In this document: one piece after another, positions 1 through 8,725 of the stretch
Numbering within the stretch: position 1 is the first letter of the stretch
Layout of the letters: every line of letters starts with the position of its first letter
DNA from: a virus
Taxonomy: Duplodnaviria; Caudoviricetes
Reading direction: 5' to 3' (one strand)
DNA: 43,167 nucleotides
Virus record (IMG/VR): IMGVR_UViG_3300025381_000028
Location: 1 to 43,167 of that record
The notes under the pieces: generated by a model
Told to the model about the DNA's origin: nothing
The model's input: the letters and a program-made list of their open reading frames with translations, nothing else
The model's database searches: none
Made by a program: the position numbers and the translations under genes

Positions 1-418
1 GGTTCTTCGTGAGTGTATTGAACTTCAGCTTAAGAAGTCTCAAGATTATCAAAATCCCAATTCAAATGTAGTTCAAGCAATGCATTATCGTCGTGGTGTT
101 GATACCATTCATGATATTATGCATGGTAAGATGCTTCGTGCTCAATCGCTAATTGAAGCTAATGGCATTACTAACTTTGAATCTCTTGAAGATACCTATA
201 AGGATCTTATCAATTATGCCAGCTTTGCTGTATCATATCTCCGTGGTAAGATGGAAGGTCAAGATCCAAATCGGGATATGTATAATCGTAAAATAATGAA
301 GTTTACTCAAGATCCTTTTACTGTGAATGAACATGCAAATGGTCAACTATCAACTGGTGGTGCTACTATTAAAGGAATGGGTTTTTATGTAGAAAATGGT
401 GGAACGATCCGCGGATGA
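1..418 (+). CDS. Nucleotide-modification-associated domain protein (Nmad1/DUF1599-like), 5' truncated
   Basis: Frame is open from nt 2 (VLRECIELQLKKSQDYQNP...); KxxDY and EDTYKDLINYA motifs typical of MazG-like helical Nmad1 proteins; overlaps start of the hydroxymethylase gene. Confidence 0.65.
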   Translation, partial: VLRECIELQLKKSQDYQNPNSNVVQAMHYRRGVDTIHDIMHGKMLRAQSLIEANGITNFESLEDTYKDLINYASFAVSYLRGKMEGQDPNRDMYNRKIMKFTQDPFTVNEHANGQLSTGGATIKGMGFYVENGGTIRG

Positions 419-1125
419 TGCATTCAACAGTTGAAGATATTCGTAATTATTTCAAGGATGCTCTTGCTCTAGAAGAATTTGTGATTGATAAGACTGGTGT
501 AAAAACCATTGAGCTTATCAATGCAAGCTTTATTGCAGATGAAGAATCTATCTTCGGTGAACCTAATCATGACTATATTCGTCGTGAAATTGATTGGTAT
601 CTCAGCAAGTCCCTGAATGTAAATGATATTCCCGGTAAGGTTCCAGAAATCTGGAAGCAAGTTGCGGATAATAAGGGTAATATCAATTCCAATTATGGCT
701 GGTGTATCTTCTCACCTGAAAATGGTTTTATGAGCTATCATAATATCTTTGCTCTTGAAGCATTTAAAGATATTAATAGTGATTGTCAATATAATCGTGT
801 TCGTGATGAACTTATTGCAAATCCTAATTCTCGTCGTGCTGTAATGATTTATACTCGACCAGAAATGTGGTTGGATTATAATCGCAATGGTCGTTCAGAT
901 TTTATGTGCACTAATACTGTTCAATATCTGATCCGTGATAATCAACTTCATTCTATTGTTCAAATGCGAAGCAATGATGTTGTCTTCGGTTATCGCAATG
1001 ATTATGCATGGCAAAAGTTTGTTCTTGATAGTCTTGCTGCTGAATTACATATGCATCCCGGAAATATCTATTGGAATGTTGGATCTCTTCATGTATATGA
1101 AAGACACTTTGGAATGGTAGTATGA
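415..1125 (+). CDS. gp42: dCMP hydroxymethylase (T4 gp42 type)
   Basis: DKTGVKTIE, INSNYGW, DFMCTNTVQYLIR, MRSNDVVFGYRNDYAWQ, WNVGSLHVY match T4 gp42; Asp at the position that is Asn in thymidylate synthases indicates dCMP specificity. Confidence 0.93.
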   Translation: MMHSTVEDIRNYFKDALALEEFVIDKTGVKTIELINASFIADEESIFGEPNHDYIRREIDWYLSKSLNVNDIPGKVPEIWKQVADNKGNINSNYGWCIFSPENGFMSYHNIFALEAFKDINSDCQYNRVRDELIANPNSRRAVMIYTRPEMWLDYNRNGRSDFMCTNTVQYLIRDNQLHSIVQMRSNDVVFGYRNDYAWQKFVLDSLAAELHMHPGNIYWNVGSLHVYERHFGMVV

Positions 1126-1562
1126 CTGATTGGAATAAACGATTTCTAGAACTTGCAAAGCATATTTCAACTTGGAGCAAAGACCCAAGTCGACAGATTG
1201 GTGCTGTAATTGTCGGTGGTGATCGTCAGATTCTTTCAGTAGGATATAATGGATTTCCTCGAGGAATTAAAGATGATTCTAGACTTCTTGATAGAGAAAC
1301 CAAGTATACTCTGATTGTTCATGCTGAGATGAATGCTATATACAATGCAACATATAATGGAATCAAGCTTGAAGGCTCGACATTGTATGTAACTGGATTG
1401 CCTGTATGCTCTGATTGTGCTAAGGGTGTAATCCAAGTAGGTATTAAAAAGGTAGTTCTTCCAAAGGATATTGATCTTTCTAAGAATTCTCTTTGGACAG
1501 AATCTTGGTATAAATCTTGTAAAATGTTTACTGATGCTGGTGTTGAGTGGGAATTTGCATGA
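1122..1562 (+). CDS. cd: dCMP deaminase
   Basis: SKDPSRQIGAVIV, GYNGFP, HAEMNA and PVCSDC zinc motifs. Confidence 0.95.
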   Translation: MTDWNKRFLELAKHISTWSKDPSRQIGAVIVGGDRQILSVGYNGFPRGIKDDSRLLDRETKYTLIVHAEMNAIYNATYNGIKLEGSTLYVTGLPVCSDCAKGVIQVGIKKVVLPKDIDLSKNSLWTESWYKSCKMFTDAGVEWEFA

Positions 1563-2797
1563 AGATTGCGGTTATCTTAGGACGTGGTATTGAGGGTTGC
1601 GGTGTAACTCGTAATGCTATTGAGTTTGTTAGACATTATCCAAATTCAAAGGTTTTTGCTATCAATGATAAGAAGTGGCCTCGCCACAATTCTTTGAAGC
1701 TTGATGCTAAGCTTTTTAATTGTGCAACTCATGCTGAGATGCTGGCTATTGCTAATGAAATTAATAAGGACTTTGAAGCTGTAGTTGTATACTCTGTTCC
1801 TTCTCTTAAGCACAGTGATGAATGTGTTAATAATTTTGTTGAGCTTCTAACTCTTATTAAGCATCCTAAGTCAATGATCCAAGTCGATCATAACAATGCA
1901 TCTATTATTCGTAATGCACGTCTTGCAGATGTTTGTAATGCAATGGATCTTATTATGACTCATTCACTTCATGGTGCATTTGCTGGTTGGTGTGAAAAGA
2001 ATAATGTATCAACTCCTTTGACTACCATGGGTGTTGGTTTTGATTATGAAGCACATAAGACAAAGTGGTGGAAGCCTATTGAACAGCAACAATCCAATAT
2101 GGTTAAGTGGATTGGTCGTTGTGCTATGTGGAAAGGTCCCGTTGAAATTGTTAAGTTGCATAATGATTACCTAAGGCAGCATAACTTTATTACGACTCTG
2201 GAAGGTCTCGAAGCTTCTGTGCAAAGTCTTCTTGTGACCCATGAAGACGGTTTTAAGAAATCTATCAAGCGGGATGTACAAGAATATATTCGTGGTAGAA
2301 ATCGTGCACTTGCTAGAAATCATTATAATAAAGAAGTTCCAGGTTCTGCTCCATATCTTTATCCTGACTTCAAGAATGAAGATTGTATGGATAGACTTTC
2401 TCGTTCCGCATTTGGTTCAGATCTTTATAACCTGAAGCCTCAGTATTATGGTAATAATATCGAGTATTGTCATGCTGAAGTTATTGCATGTGGTACTGTT
2501 CCTATTTTTCATAAGCATTTTGGTGATCACATTATTCATCCTAAGACTGGTAATCCAGCAACTCAAGATGATACCGGTGTAATTTGGTATAATGCTCAAA
2601 ATCCAGAAGAAACTGCTAACCAAATTCTTAACGTATATAATAATATGACTCTTCGAGATGAGATGCGAAATAAGGCTTTTGAATACTGGAAAGGTCATTC
2701 AGATTCAAGCATAGTCTTTACGGATATAATCAAGAAAGTTACAACTGCTAAGAAGCATGAAAAAATTAGTCTTAATCTAGAAAGGTTCTTTTCTTGA
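1559..2797 (+). CDS. agt: DNA alpha-glucosyltransferase-like (GT-B)
   Basis: GRGIEGCGVT, WIGRxxxWKG, EGLE, EYxHxExxACGTVPIF match T4 alpha-glucosyltransferase; start moved to ATG 1559 (ATGA overlap with cd stop). Confidence 0.88.
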   Translation: MKIAVILGRGIEGCGVTRNAIEFVRHYPNSKVFAINDKKWPRHNSLKLDAKLFNCATHAEMLAIANEINKDFEAVVVYSVPSLKHSDECVNNFVELLTLIKHPKSMIQVDHNNASIIRNARLADVCNAMDLIMTHSLHGAFAGWCEKNNVSTPLTTMGVGFDYEAHKTKWWKPIEQQQSNMVKWIGRCAMWKGPVEIVKLHNDYLRQHNFITTLEGLEASVQSLLVTHEDGFKKSIKRDVQEYIRGRNRALARNHYNKEVPGSAPYLYPDFKNEDCMDRLSRSAFGSDLYNLKPQYYGNNIEYCHAEVIACGTVPIFHKHFGDHIIHPKTGNPATQDDTGVIWYNAQNPEETANQILNVYNNMTLRDEMRNKAFEYWKGHSDSSIVFTDIIKKVTTAKKHEKISLNLERFFS

Positions 2798-4020
2798 ATT
2801 ATACACACGCATCAATTATTCCACTTATCGGTGGTGTTGCCCTAGCCCAGCATGAAGATAGCGGCCAAGCTCCTGAGTATATGATGACATATGAAGGCTT
2901 TCAAGCTAATGAAAGTCATATTCTTAATCATTATAGAAATGCTTATAATGTTGAGATGCCTTATTATTATCTCGATGCATTAGAACAGCCTAAGCTTAAA
3001 AGCGTAGATGTAGTTAATAGTGTGTGTCCTTGTGCTGGACTTTCACAGTTATCCGCAGGATTTGGTGATCACAACCAAAACAATCAATGGATGATTAAGA
3101 CTGCAACTTATGTTTTAGGTACTCTTAAGCCTCGTGTATTCTGGGGAGAAAATGCTCCAGGATTTGCTGGAAAGATTGGTCAAAATGTAAGAAATACCCT
3201 ATATAAGATTGGTAGGGATAATGGTTATACTATGTCGGTTTATAGAACTCGGTCTCTATTACATGGTACACCTCAAGTTCGCGAAAGATCTTTCTATTTC
3301 TTTTGGAAAGAAACTGATAAGACACCTTTACTTGGTTATTTTAATAGACCATGGACTAAGATTGAAGATCTTATTCGCAATGTAAAAGCAAATTCTCAAA
3401 TGGAACCTATTAATCATAGAATTCCATCAGAATCAGATCCATATTATCGCTTTATCTTAGAAGAAGTTTTTGGCGGAATCTCACATAGAGAATTCTCAAA
3501 CGAAAAGTTAGGATTTCTTCGAGTTAGAAGTAATGATGTATTCTCGTTTATTGAATCTCAAGGTTATAGTTATAATCGGGTTGCTGATTGGCTAAAGTCT
3601 AAAGGTTATGAGCGTGAATATGAAAAGTGCATGTATAAGTATGATAAGCTTCAGTCTGGTAAAAATATCATGCGCCGCGGAACAATTATTCCTAAGGATT
3701 ACATTGGTGCTTTCGTAGGACATTATCCTACATGTTTAACCCATCCAGATGAAGATAGATATATCACATATCGTGAAGCCATGTCAATTATGGGTATGCC
3801 AGAAAACTTTGAATTACTAAATCCAAAGAAAAGCTATAATCATATTTGTCAAAGCGTTCCAGTAAAGACTGCTTTAGATATGTGCTCAGAAATCTCAAAA
3901 TATCTCAATGGAGAACTTGAGATGATTAACTCTACATACACTTATCAGTACAATCATAGTCAAACACACGAGATTGAATCTGATGAACCCACACTCACAT
4001 TAGAAAACTTTTTTAATTAA
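2794..4020 (+). CDS. C5-cytosine DNA methyltransferase-fold protein with atypical cofactor motifs
   Basis: Motif IV CPCAGLS, VI GENAPG, VIII PQVRER, IX RYITYREAMSIMGMPENF; motif I reads IPLIGG and motif X reads ICQSVP; TTG start overlapping agt stop. Confidence 0.85.
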   Translation: MNYTHASIIPLIGGVALAQHEDSGQAPEYMMTYEGFQANESHILNHYRNAYNVEMPYYYLDALEQPKLKSVDVVNSVCPCAGLSQLSAGFGDHNQNNQWMIKTATYVLGTLKPRVFWGENAPGFAGKIGQNVRNTLYKIGRDNGYTMSVYRTRSLLHGTPQVRERSFYFFWKETDKTPLLGYFNRPWTKIEDLIRNVKANSQMEPINHRIPSESDPYYRFILEEVFGGISHREFSNEKLGFLRVRSNDVFSFIESQGYSYNRVADWLKSKGYEREYEKCMYKYDKLQSGKNIMRRGTIIPKDYIGAFVGHYPTCLTHPDEDRYITYREAMSIMGMPENFELLNPKKSYNHICQSVPVKTALDMCSEISKYLNGELEMINSTYTYQYNHSQTHEIESDEPTLTLENFFN

Positions 4021-4025
4021 GGAAC

Positions 4026-4334
4026 GTGATGGATCCGAACATTCAGTATAAATATAATGAGCCTAAGACTCTTAAAGACATTCAAGATTATATTGAATCT
4101 ACTTATGCTCAGCATTATTCTCAAAATAAATTTCAAGCAACAGAGTTTATTATTGACAGTGGATATGGTGATGGGTTTTGCTTAGGGAATATGCAAAAAT
4201 ACACTCAGCGCTATGGAAAAAAAGGCAATCCAGAGGATTGGCGTAAAGACATTATGAAAGTCATGCACTATGCAATAATGATGTTGTATGTGCATGATCT
4301 AAATTATAACAAGGAAAATATTAATGGAAATTGA
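4026..4334 (+). CDS. DUF3310-like protein (family includes T7 gp1.7 nucleotide kinase)
   Basis: HY...GFCLGNMQKYxxRYGKK...DIMKVMHYA pattern. Confidence 0.7.
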   Translation: MMDPNIQYKYNEPKTLKDIQDYIESTYAQHYSQNKFQATEFIIDSGYGDGFCLGNMQKYTQRYGKKGNPEDWRKDIMKVMHYAIMMLYVHDLNYNKENINGN

Positions 4335-4737
4335 TGATCCAATTGCATTAGTTCTGAATGTAACACCTATAAATTTTGTTATGTCAGATGATGTAATAGA
4401 TCCAAATGAAAATAATTTTAATATTCCATGGAATAAAAATACTGTTGGTTTACAAGAAGCCTGGAATAAAGGATTAACTACAACTCAACAAGTAAGAAAA
4501 AATATTTCCATTGGAACAAAAATAGCTATGAATAAAATTGATCCTTCTGTTAAAGCTGAATATTATAAAAATAGAGATTCATGCCAAAAACGTAGATGGA
4601 TGAATAAAAATGGAAAGCATGTAAGAATTCCATTTCATCAAATAAATGAATATATTAAAAATGGTTGGAGTGAAGGCAGATTAATGTCTAAAGATTCCAA
4701 TGGTAAATTTAGCGGAGTTATAAATTATGGAAATTAA
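4324..4737 (+). CDS. Homing-endonuclease-derived DNA-binding protein (NUMOD3-like), no catalytic domain seen
   Basis: PWNK/AWNKG repeats, RKNISIG, RWMNKNG...GWSEGR C-terminal module; very AT-rich; no GIY-YIG or HNH motif. Confidence 0.6.
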   Translation: MEIDDPIALVLNVTPINFVMSDDVIDPNENNFNIPWNKNTVGLQEAWNKGLTTTQQVRKNISIGTKIAMNKIDPSVKAEYYKNRDSCQKRRWMNKNGKHVRIPFHQINEYIKNGWSEGRLMSKDSNGKFSGVINYGN

Positions 4738-5575
4738 AGTTGAAATGGACGAGCTTAGAAAGAAAAAGCTCTTTGTTTCCGTACCTATGTATGGTGGCCA
4801 ATGTGCCGGTATGTTCTGTAGATCGACAAACGATCTTTCTGCAGCAGCAGTACATTATGGAATTGAAGTAAAGTTTTATTATCTGTTTAATGAATCTCTA
4901 ATCACAAGAGCAAGAAATTATTGTACAGATGAATTCCTTCGTTCAGACTGTACACACATGATGTTCATTGACTCCGATATTGGATTCAATGCTCAAGACG
5001 TTATTGCAATGTTGGCTCTAATGTCGACAGAAGATAATGAATATGATATTCTGTGCGCACCTTATCCTAAGAAGTGTATTGCTTGGGAAAAGATCAAGAT
5101 GGCAGTGGATCGTGGTATTGCTGATACTGATGCTAATGCTCTTGAAAATTATGTTGGTGACTATGTATTCAACCCAGTCGGCAACAAGAGCGAGATTCCT
5201 ATTGGTGAACCAGTAGAAGTTCTTGAATCTGGTACTGGATTCATGATGATCAAGCGTGAAACTCTTGAAGCATATGCAGCAGCATATCCTGAGTATTCAT
5301 ACAAGCCAGATCACGTTCGTACTGCACACTTTGATGGCAGCCGCGAAATTACTGCATTCTTTGATTGTATCATTGATCCAGAAACTAAGAGATATCTGTC
5401 AGAAGATTATATGTTCTGTCAACAAGCACGTAAGGCCAACCTTAAGGTTTGGCTCTGCCCATGGATTCGACTGCAACACGTAGGATCCTATATTTTTGGT
5501 GGCTCTCTTGCTGATCTTGCAGCTATTGGAGCTTCTGCAACCGTCGATCCAACAAAGCTTGGTAAAAAGAAGTAA
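4727..5575 (+). CDS. GT-A fold (GT2-like) glycosyltransferase
   Basis: VSVPMYGG, ESLITRARN, FIDSDI (DxD), GTGFMMIKR, YLSEDYMFC, HVG. Confidence 0.85.
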   Translation: MEIKVEMDELRKKKLFVSVPMYGGQCAGMFCRSTNDLSAAAVHYGIEVKFYYLFNESLITRARNYCTDEFLRSDCTHMMFIDSDIGFNAQDVIAMLALMSTEDNEYDILCAPYPKKCIAWEKIKMAVDRGIADTDANALENYVGDYVFNPVGNKSEIPIGEPVEVLESGTGFMMIKRETLEAYAAAYPEYSYKPDHVRTAHFDGSREITAFFDCIIDPETKRYLSEDYMFCQQARKANLKVWLCPWIRLQHVGSYIFGGSLADLAAIGASATVDPTKLGKKK

Positions 5576-5588
5576 TTAGGAGAAATAA

Positions 5589-6029
5589 ATGCCTACACTA
5601 TTAGACCTCATTAATGCAGACCTGCAAAAGGCTTGGAATGCAGTAACCCATGAAACTCAAAAGGATGTAGTTCTTGTTGAAGCTGTTGCTTCAATTCTTT
5701 GGGATGACTTCAAGATCATTCTGACTGGAATGCTTCCTTCTCAGTATGCTATTCTTAAGAATCTTGTTATTCGGATTCTTCCAAGTGTAGCTACTGGGGA
5801 TATTGCAGCTATTGAAGTTCTCGTTCTTCAAGCTGCTGAAGTTGAAGAACTTGGTTGGATCAAGAATCTGGCTTCACATGTTCTTACAGCCGCAATTGCT
5901 CTGATTCTTGCTGCTCTGAATAATCAGCCTCTGGTTCCTATTCAGCCTCCAGTTCAGACTAATCCAAATACTGCCCCAGTAGTTCCAGTTACAGGTGGTA
6001 GCACAAATCCAGGTACATTTCTTAGCTAA
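5589..6029 (+). CDS. Hypothetical protein, hydrophobic helix followed by Pro/Thr-rich tail
   Basis: Strong SD (AGGAG), phage-like codon usage, followed by terminator. Confidence 0.75.
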   Translation: MPTLLDLINADLQKAWNAVTHETQKDVVLVEAVASILWDDFKIILTGMLPSQYAILKNLVIRILPSVATGDIAAIEVLVLQAAEVEELGWIKNLASHVLTAAIALILAALNNQPLVPIQPPVQTNPNTAPVVPVTGGSTNPGTFLS

Positions 6030-6056
6030 GACTATATCTTGGATTATAAGGTTAAA

Positions 6057-6084
6057 GAAAAGAGGAGTGTAAACTCCTCTTTTC
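6057..6084 (+). terminator. Rho-independent terminator
   Basis: 12-bp perfect stem GAAAAGAGGAGT-gtaa-ACTCCTCTTTTC. Confidence 0.8.
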
Positions 6085-6086
6085 CC

Positions 6087-6115
6087 TTTACATTTATTCG
6101 TGAATATTGTATAAT
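6087..6115 (+). promoter_or_regulatory. Sigma70-like early promoter for 45-44-62-regA
   Basis: TTTACA-N17-TATAAT. Confidence 0.8.
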
Positions 6116-6144
6116 ATATTATAGTTCCACTTTTGGAGAATATT

Positions 6145-6789
6145 ATGAAGCTTAGTGAACGTACTCTACAAGTTCTGAAGAACTTTTCTACTATCAATCC
6201 AACAATTTTCATTAGAGCTGGTAATGAAATTAGAACTATTGCTCCAACAAAGTCTATGTTTGCTCAAGCAACTGTTCCTGAATCCTTTCCTAAGGATTTT
6301 GCAATTTATGAACTCTCAAGGTTTCTAGGAGTTATTTCTCTTTTCACAGATCCAGATTTCGATTTTCAAGACAAGTATGTGACCGTTAGTTCTGGTAAGC
6401 AACGTGTTAATTACACTTATGCAAATCCAGAAATGGTTGACTCGCCTTCAAAGAAGACCAATAACTTCCCAGATCCAGTTGCAACATTTACTCTGACATC
6501 TGAAAGTCTCTCAGCTATATCTAAGGCTGGTGCAATTCTTCAAATGCCTGATGTTGCAATCACTGGTGCTGATGGAGTTATTACTATCTCAGCTATCAAC
6601 TCGAAGGAATCTACTTCAGATACTTTCAAGCTTGAAGTTGGTGAAACTAATGAAGATTTTCAAGTTATTCTTAAGCCTGAAAACTTGAAGCTGATCCCAG
6701 CAGAATATCAAGTATCTATTACAACTGCTGGTATTTGTTGGTTTGAAACTAGCGATCTGACTTATTGGATTGCTTGCCTTAGTAAGTAA
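6145..6789 (+). CDS. gp45: Sliding clamp
   Basis: MKLSERTLQVLKNFSTIN N-terminus, FAIYELSRFL; GGAG SD before ATG 6145; synteny with 44/62. Confidence 0.95.
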   Translation: MKLSERTLQVLKNFSTINPTIFIRAGNEIRTIAPTKSMFAQATVPESFPKDFAIYELSRFLGVISLFTDPDFDFQDKYVTVSSGKQRVNYTYANPEMVDSPSKKTNNFPDPVATFTLTSESLSAISKAGAILQMPDVAITGADGVITISAINSKESTSDTFKLEVGETNEDFQVILKPENLKLIPAEYQVSITTAGICWFETSDLTYWIACLSK

Positions 6790-6803
6790 AAGGAAATTAT
6801 ATT

Positions 6804-7742
6804 ATGATGGATCAATTCCTCTGGACCGAGAAGTATCGGCCTAGAAAGATTAGTGATACAATTCTACCTGAAACCCTTAAAACTACTTTTCAACAATTCG
6901 TCGATCAAAAGAATATTCCAAATCTAATTCTTACCGGTACTGCTGGTATTGGTAAGACTACTGTTGCTCGAGCTATGCTTGATGAACTGGAGGCGGATTA
7001 TATTGTCATCAACGGATCTATGAATGGCAATATCGACACCCTGAGAAATGAAATTCAGAACTTTGCTTCTACAGTTTCATTCTCAGGTGGTCGTAAATAT
7101 GTTATTCTTGATGAGGCTGACTATCTGAATGCAAATTCAACTCAGCCGGCTCTCCGCAATTTCATGGAAGAATTTTCCAAGAATTGTGGATTTATCATGA
7201 CTTGTAATTTCAAGAATAAGATTATTGAACCTCTGCACTCGCGGTGTTCTGTAATTGAGTTCAAGATCAATAAATCTGATATGCCTACTATGGCTGCTCA
7301 ATTTATGAAGCGAGCTAAGCAAATTCTTAGTACTGAAAACGTAGAATTTGATCCAGCTGCACTTGCTGCTGTTATCAGTAAGCATCTTCCAGATTGGCGC
7401 CGTATTCTAAATGAACTTCAGAGGTATTCTGCTATTGGTAGAATTGATTCTGGAATTCTTTCTAATTTTAATGATGCTGTATTTGAACTTTTGGTAAAGC
7501 ACTTGTCTGACAAGAACTTTCCAATGGTTCGTAAGTGGGTAGCAGAACATATTGATATTGATACAACTGAGTTGTTCAAAAAGCTTTATGATACTGCTTA
7601 TGATTATTTGCAACCAACTTCTGTCCCTCAACTTGTTATTCATCTTGCTGAGTATCAGTATAAGGCAGCATTTGTTGCAGATCAAGAAATAAACCTTGTA
7701 TCTTGTTTAACTGAAATCCTTGCGGATTGTGAATTCAAATGA
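6804..7742 (+). CDS. gp44: Clamp loader large subunit (AAA+)
   Basis: WTEKYRP, GTAGIGKTT, ILDEAD, HSRC. Confidence 0.97.
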   Translation: MMDQFLWTEKYRPRKISDTILPETLKTTFQQFVDQKNIPNLILTGTAGIGKTTVARAMLDELEADYIVINGSMNGNIDTLRNEIQNFASTVSFSGGRKYVILDEADYLNANSTQPALRNFMEEFSKNCGFIMTCNFKNKIIEPLHSRCSVIEFKINKSDMPTMAAQFMKRAKQILSTENVEFDPAALAAVISKHLPDWRRILNELQRYSAIGRIDSGILSNFNDAVFELLVKHLSDKNFPMVRKWVAEHIDIDTTELFKKLYDTAYDYLQPTSVPQLVIHLAEYQYKAAFVADQEINLVSCLTEILADCEFK

Positions 7743-8134
7743 GTGGTAATCCTTTTGATTATATTAACGCTATTTCACAATCCAAGGTGGATTTGATAAG
7801 AACTGCAGAAGATCAAAAGGAAGCAGAACGTAAGTATAATTCATATTTAGTAAACAAAGGTCTATCATACTTTATTGATACGGTCCTGTATGCTAATGAA
7901 ATGAATATGTACCACGAAATTGATTCCAAACTTAAGAATGATTATCTGATAAATACTATTAGATCTAAGAAGCGTTTTGCTAAATGGGTCAAACCGGTGT
8001 CTGTAGATGATCTAGGCTTGGTTCAGTCTTATTATAACTATAGTTATGAAAAGGCCCGCCAAGCTCTTTCTATTTTGTCTGAAGATCAACTGTCAGTACT
8101 TAGAGGTAAAAAAGAACAAGGCGGAATTAAATGA
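7739..8134 (+). CDS. gp62: Clamp loader small subunit
   Basis: YxxYLVNKGLS, ANEMN, KKRFAKW; position after 44. Confidence 0.92.
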   Translation: MSGNPFDYINAISQSKVDLIRTAEDQKEAERKYNSYLVNKGLSYFIDTVLYANEMNMYHEIDSKLKNDYLINTIRSKKRFAKWVKPVSVDDLGLVQSYYNYSYEKARQALSILSEDQLSVLRGKKEQGGIK

Positions 8135-8526
8135 GCAATTTAATAGATTCCATGATTGAAGTCTATCTACCTAATAGAGATGACTTTTTGAAAGTTAAAG
8201 AAACTTTAACTAGAATTGGTGTTGCATCCAAAAAGGATAATACGCTGTATCAGTCATGCCATATATTGCACAAGCAAGGACGTTATTATATCGTTCACTT
8301 CAAAGAACTGTTTTCTCTGGATGGCAAGAACGCAGACTTTTCCGATAATGATATTGCAAGAAGAAATACAATTGCAAATCTTTTAGCTGAATGGGGTTTA
8401 GTAAATTTAGCTGATCCTCAGAAATCACAAGATAATGTGGCTCAGATTGGTCAGATTAAAATTATTCCATTTAAAGATAAAAGTAAATGGGAACTAAAGA
8501 GTAAGTACAATATTGGGAATAGATAA
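8131..8526 (+). CDS. regA: Translational repressor RegA
   Basis: DFLKVKETLTRIGVAS, LYQSCHILHKQGRYYIVHFKELF. Confidence 0.97.
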   Translation: MSNLIDSMIEVYLPNRDDFLKVKETLTRIGVASKKDNTLYQSCHILHKQGRYYIVHFKELFSLDGKNADFSDNDIARRNTIANLLAEWGLVNLADPQKSQDNVAQIGQIKIIPFKDKSKWELKSKYNIGNR

Positions 8527-8702
8527 TGTGGATTGTGAATGATAATCCTGACTTCATAAAAGTTGTTAGTAAACATCAATTTGTATGTTCTTGGGATGTA
8601 TTTGGTAATGAAGAAGTAATATATAGATTAGTTAAAAAGCCAAAGTGGCTAGTTCGTGTAATGACACGTATCATTTTTGGATCAAAGTGGAAGTACTTTT
8701 GA
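8526..8702 (+). CDS. Small hypothetical protein (58 aa, not in ORF track)
   Basis: MWIVNDNPDF...GSKWKYF; TAATG coupling to regA; fills the gap. Confidence 0.65.
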   Translation: MWIVNDNPDFIKVVSKHQFVCSWDVFGNEEVIYRLVKKPKWLVRVMTRIIFGSKWKYF

Positions 8703-8725
8703 TCTTTTCATAATAGGAGAAATAA

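Noticed and set aside
415-1125. Thymidylate synthase or dUMP hydroxymethylase call
   Set aside because: Specificity residue is Asp (YRND) and the sequence tracks T4 gp42 throughout
4047-4054. Perfect TATAAATA inside the DUF3310 gene
   Set aside because: Encodes YKY in an AT-rich coding region; chance occurrence cannot be excluded
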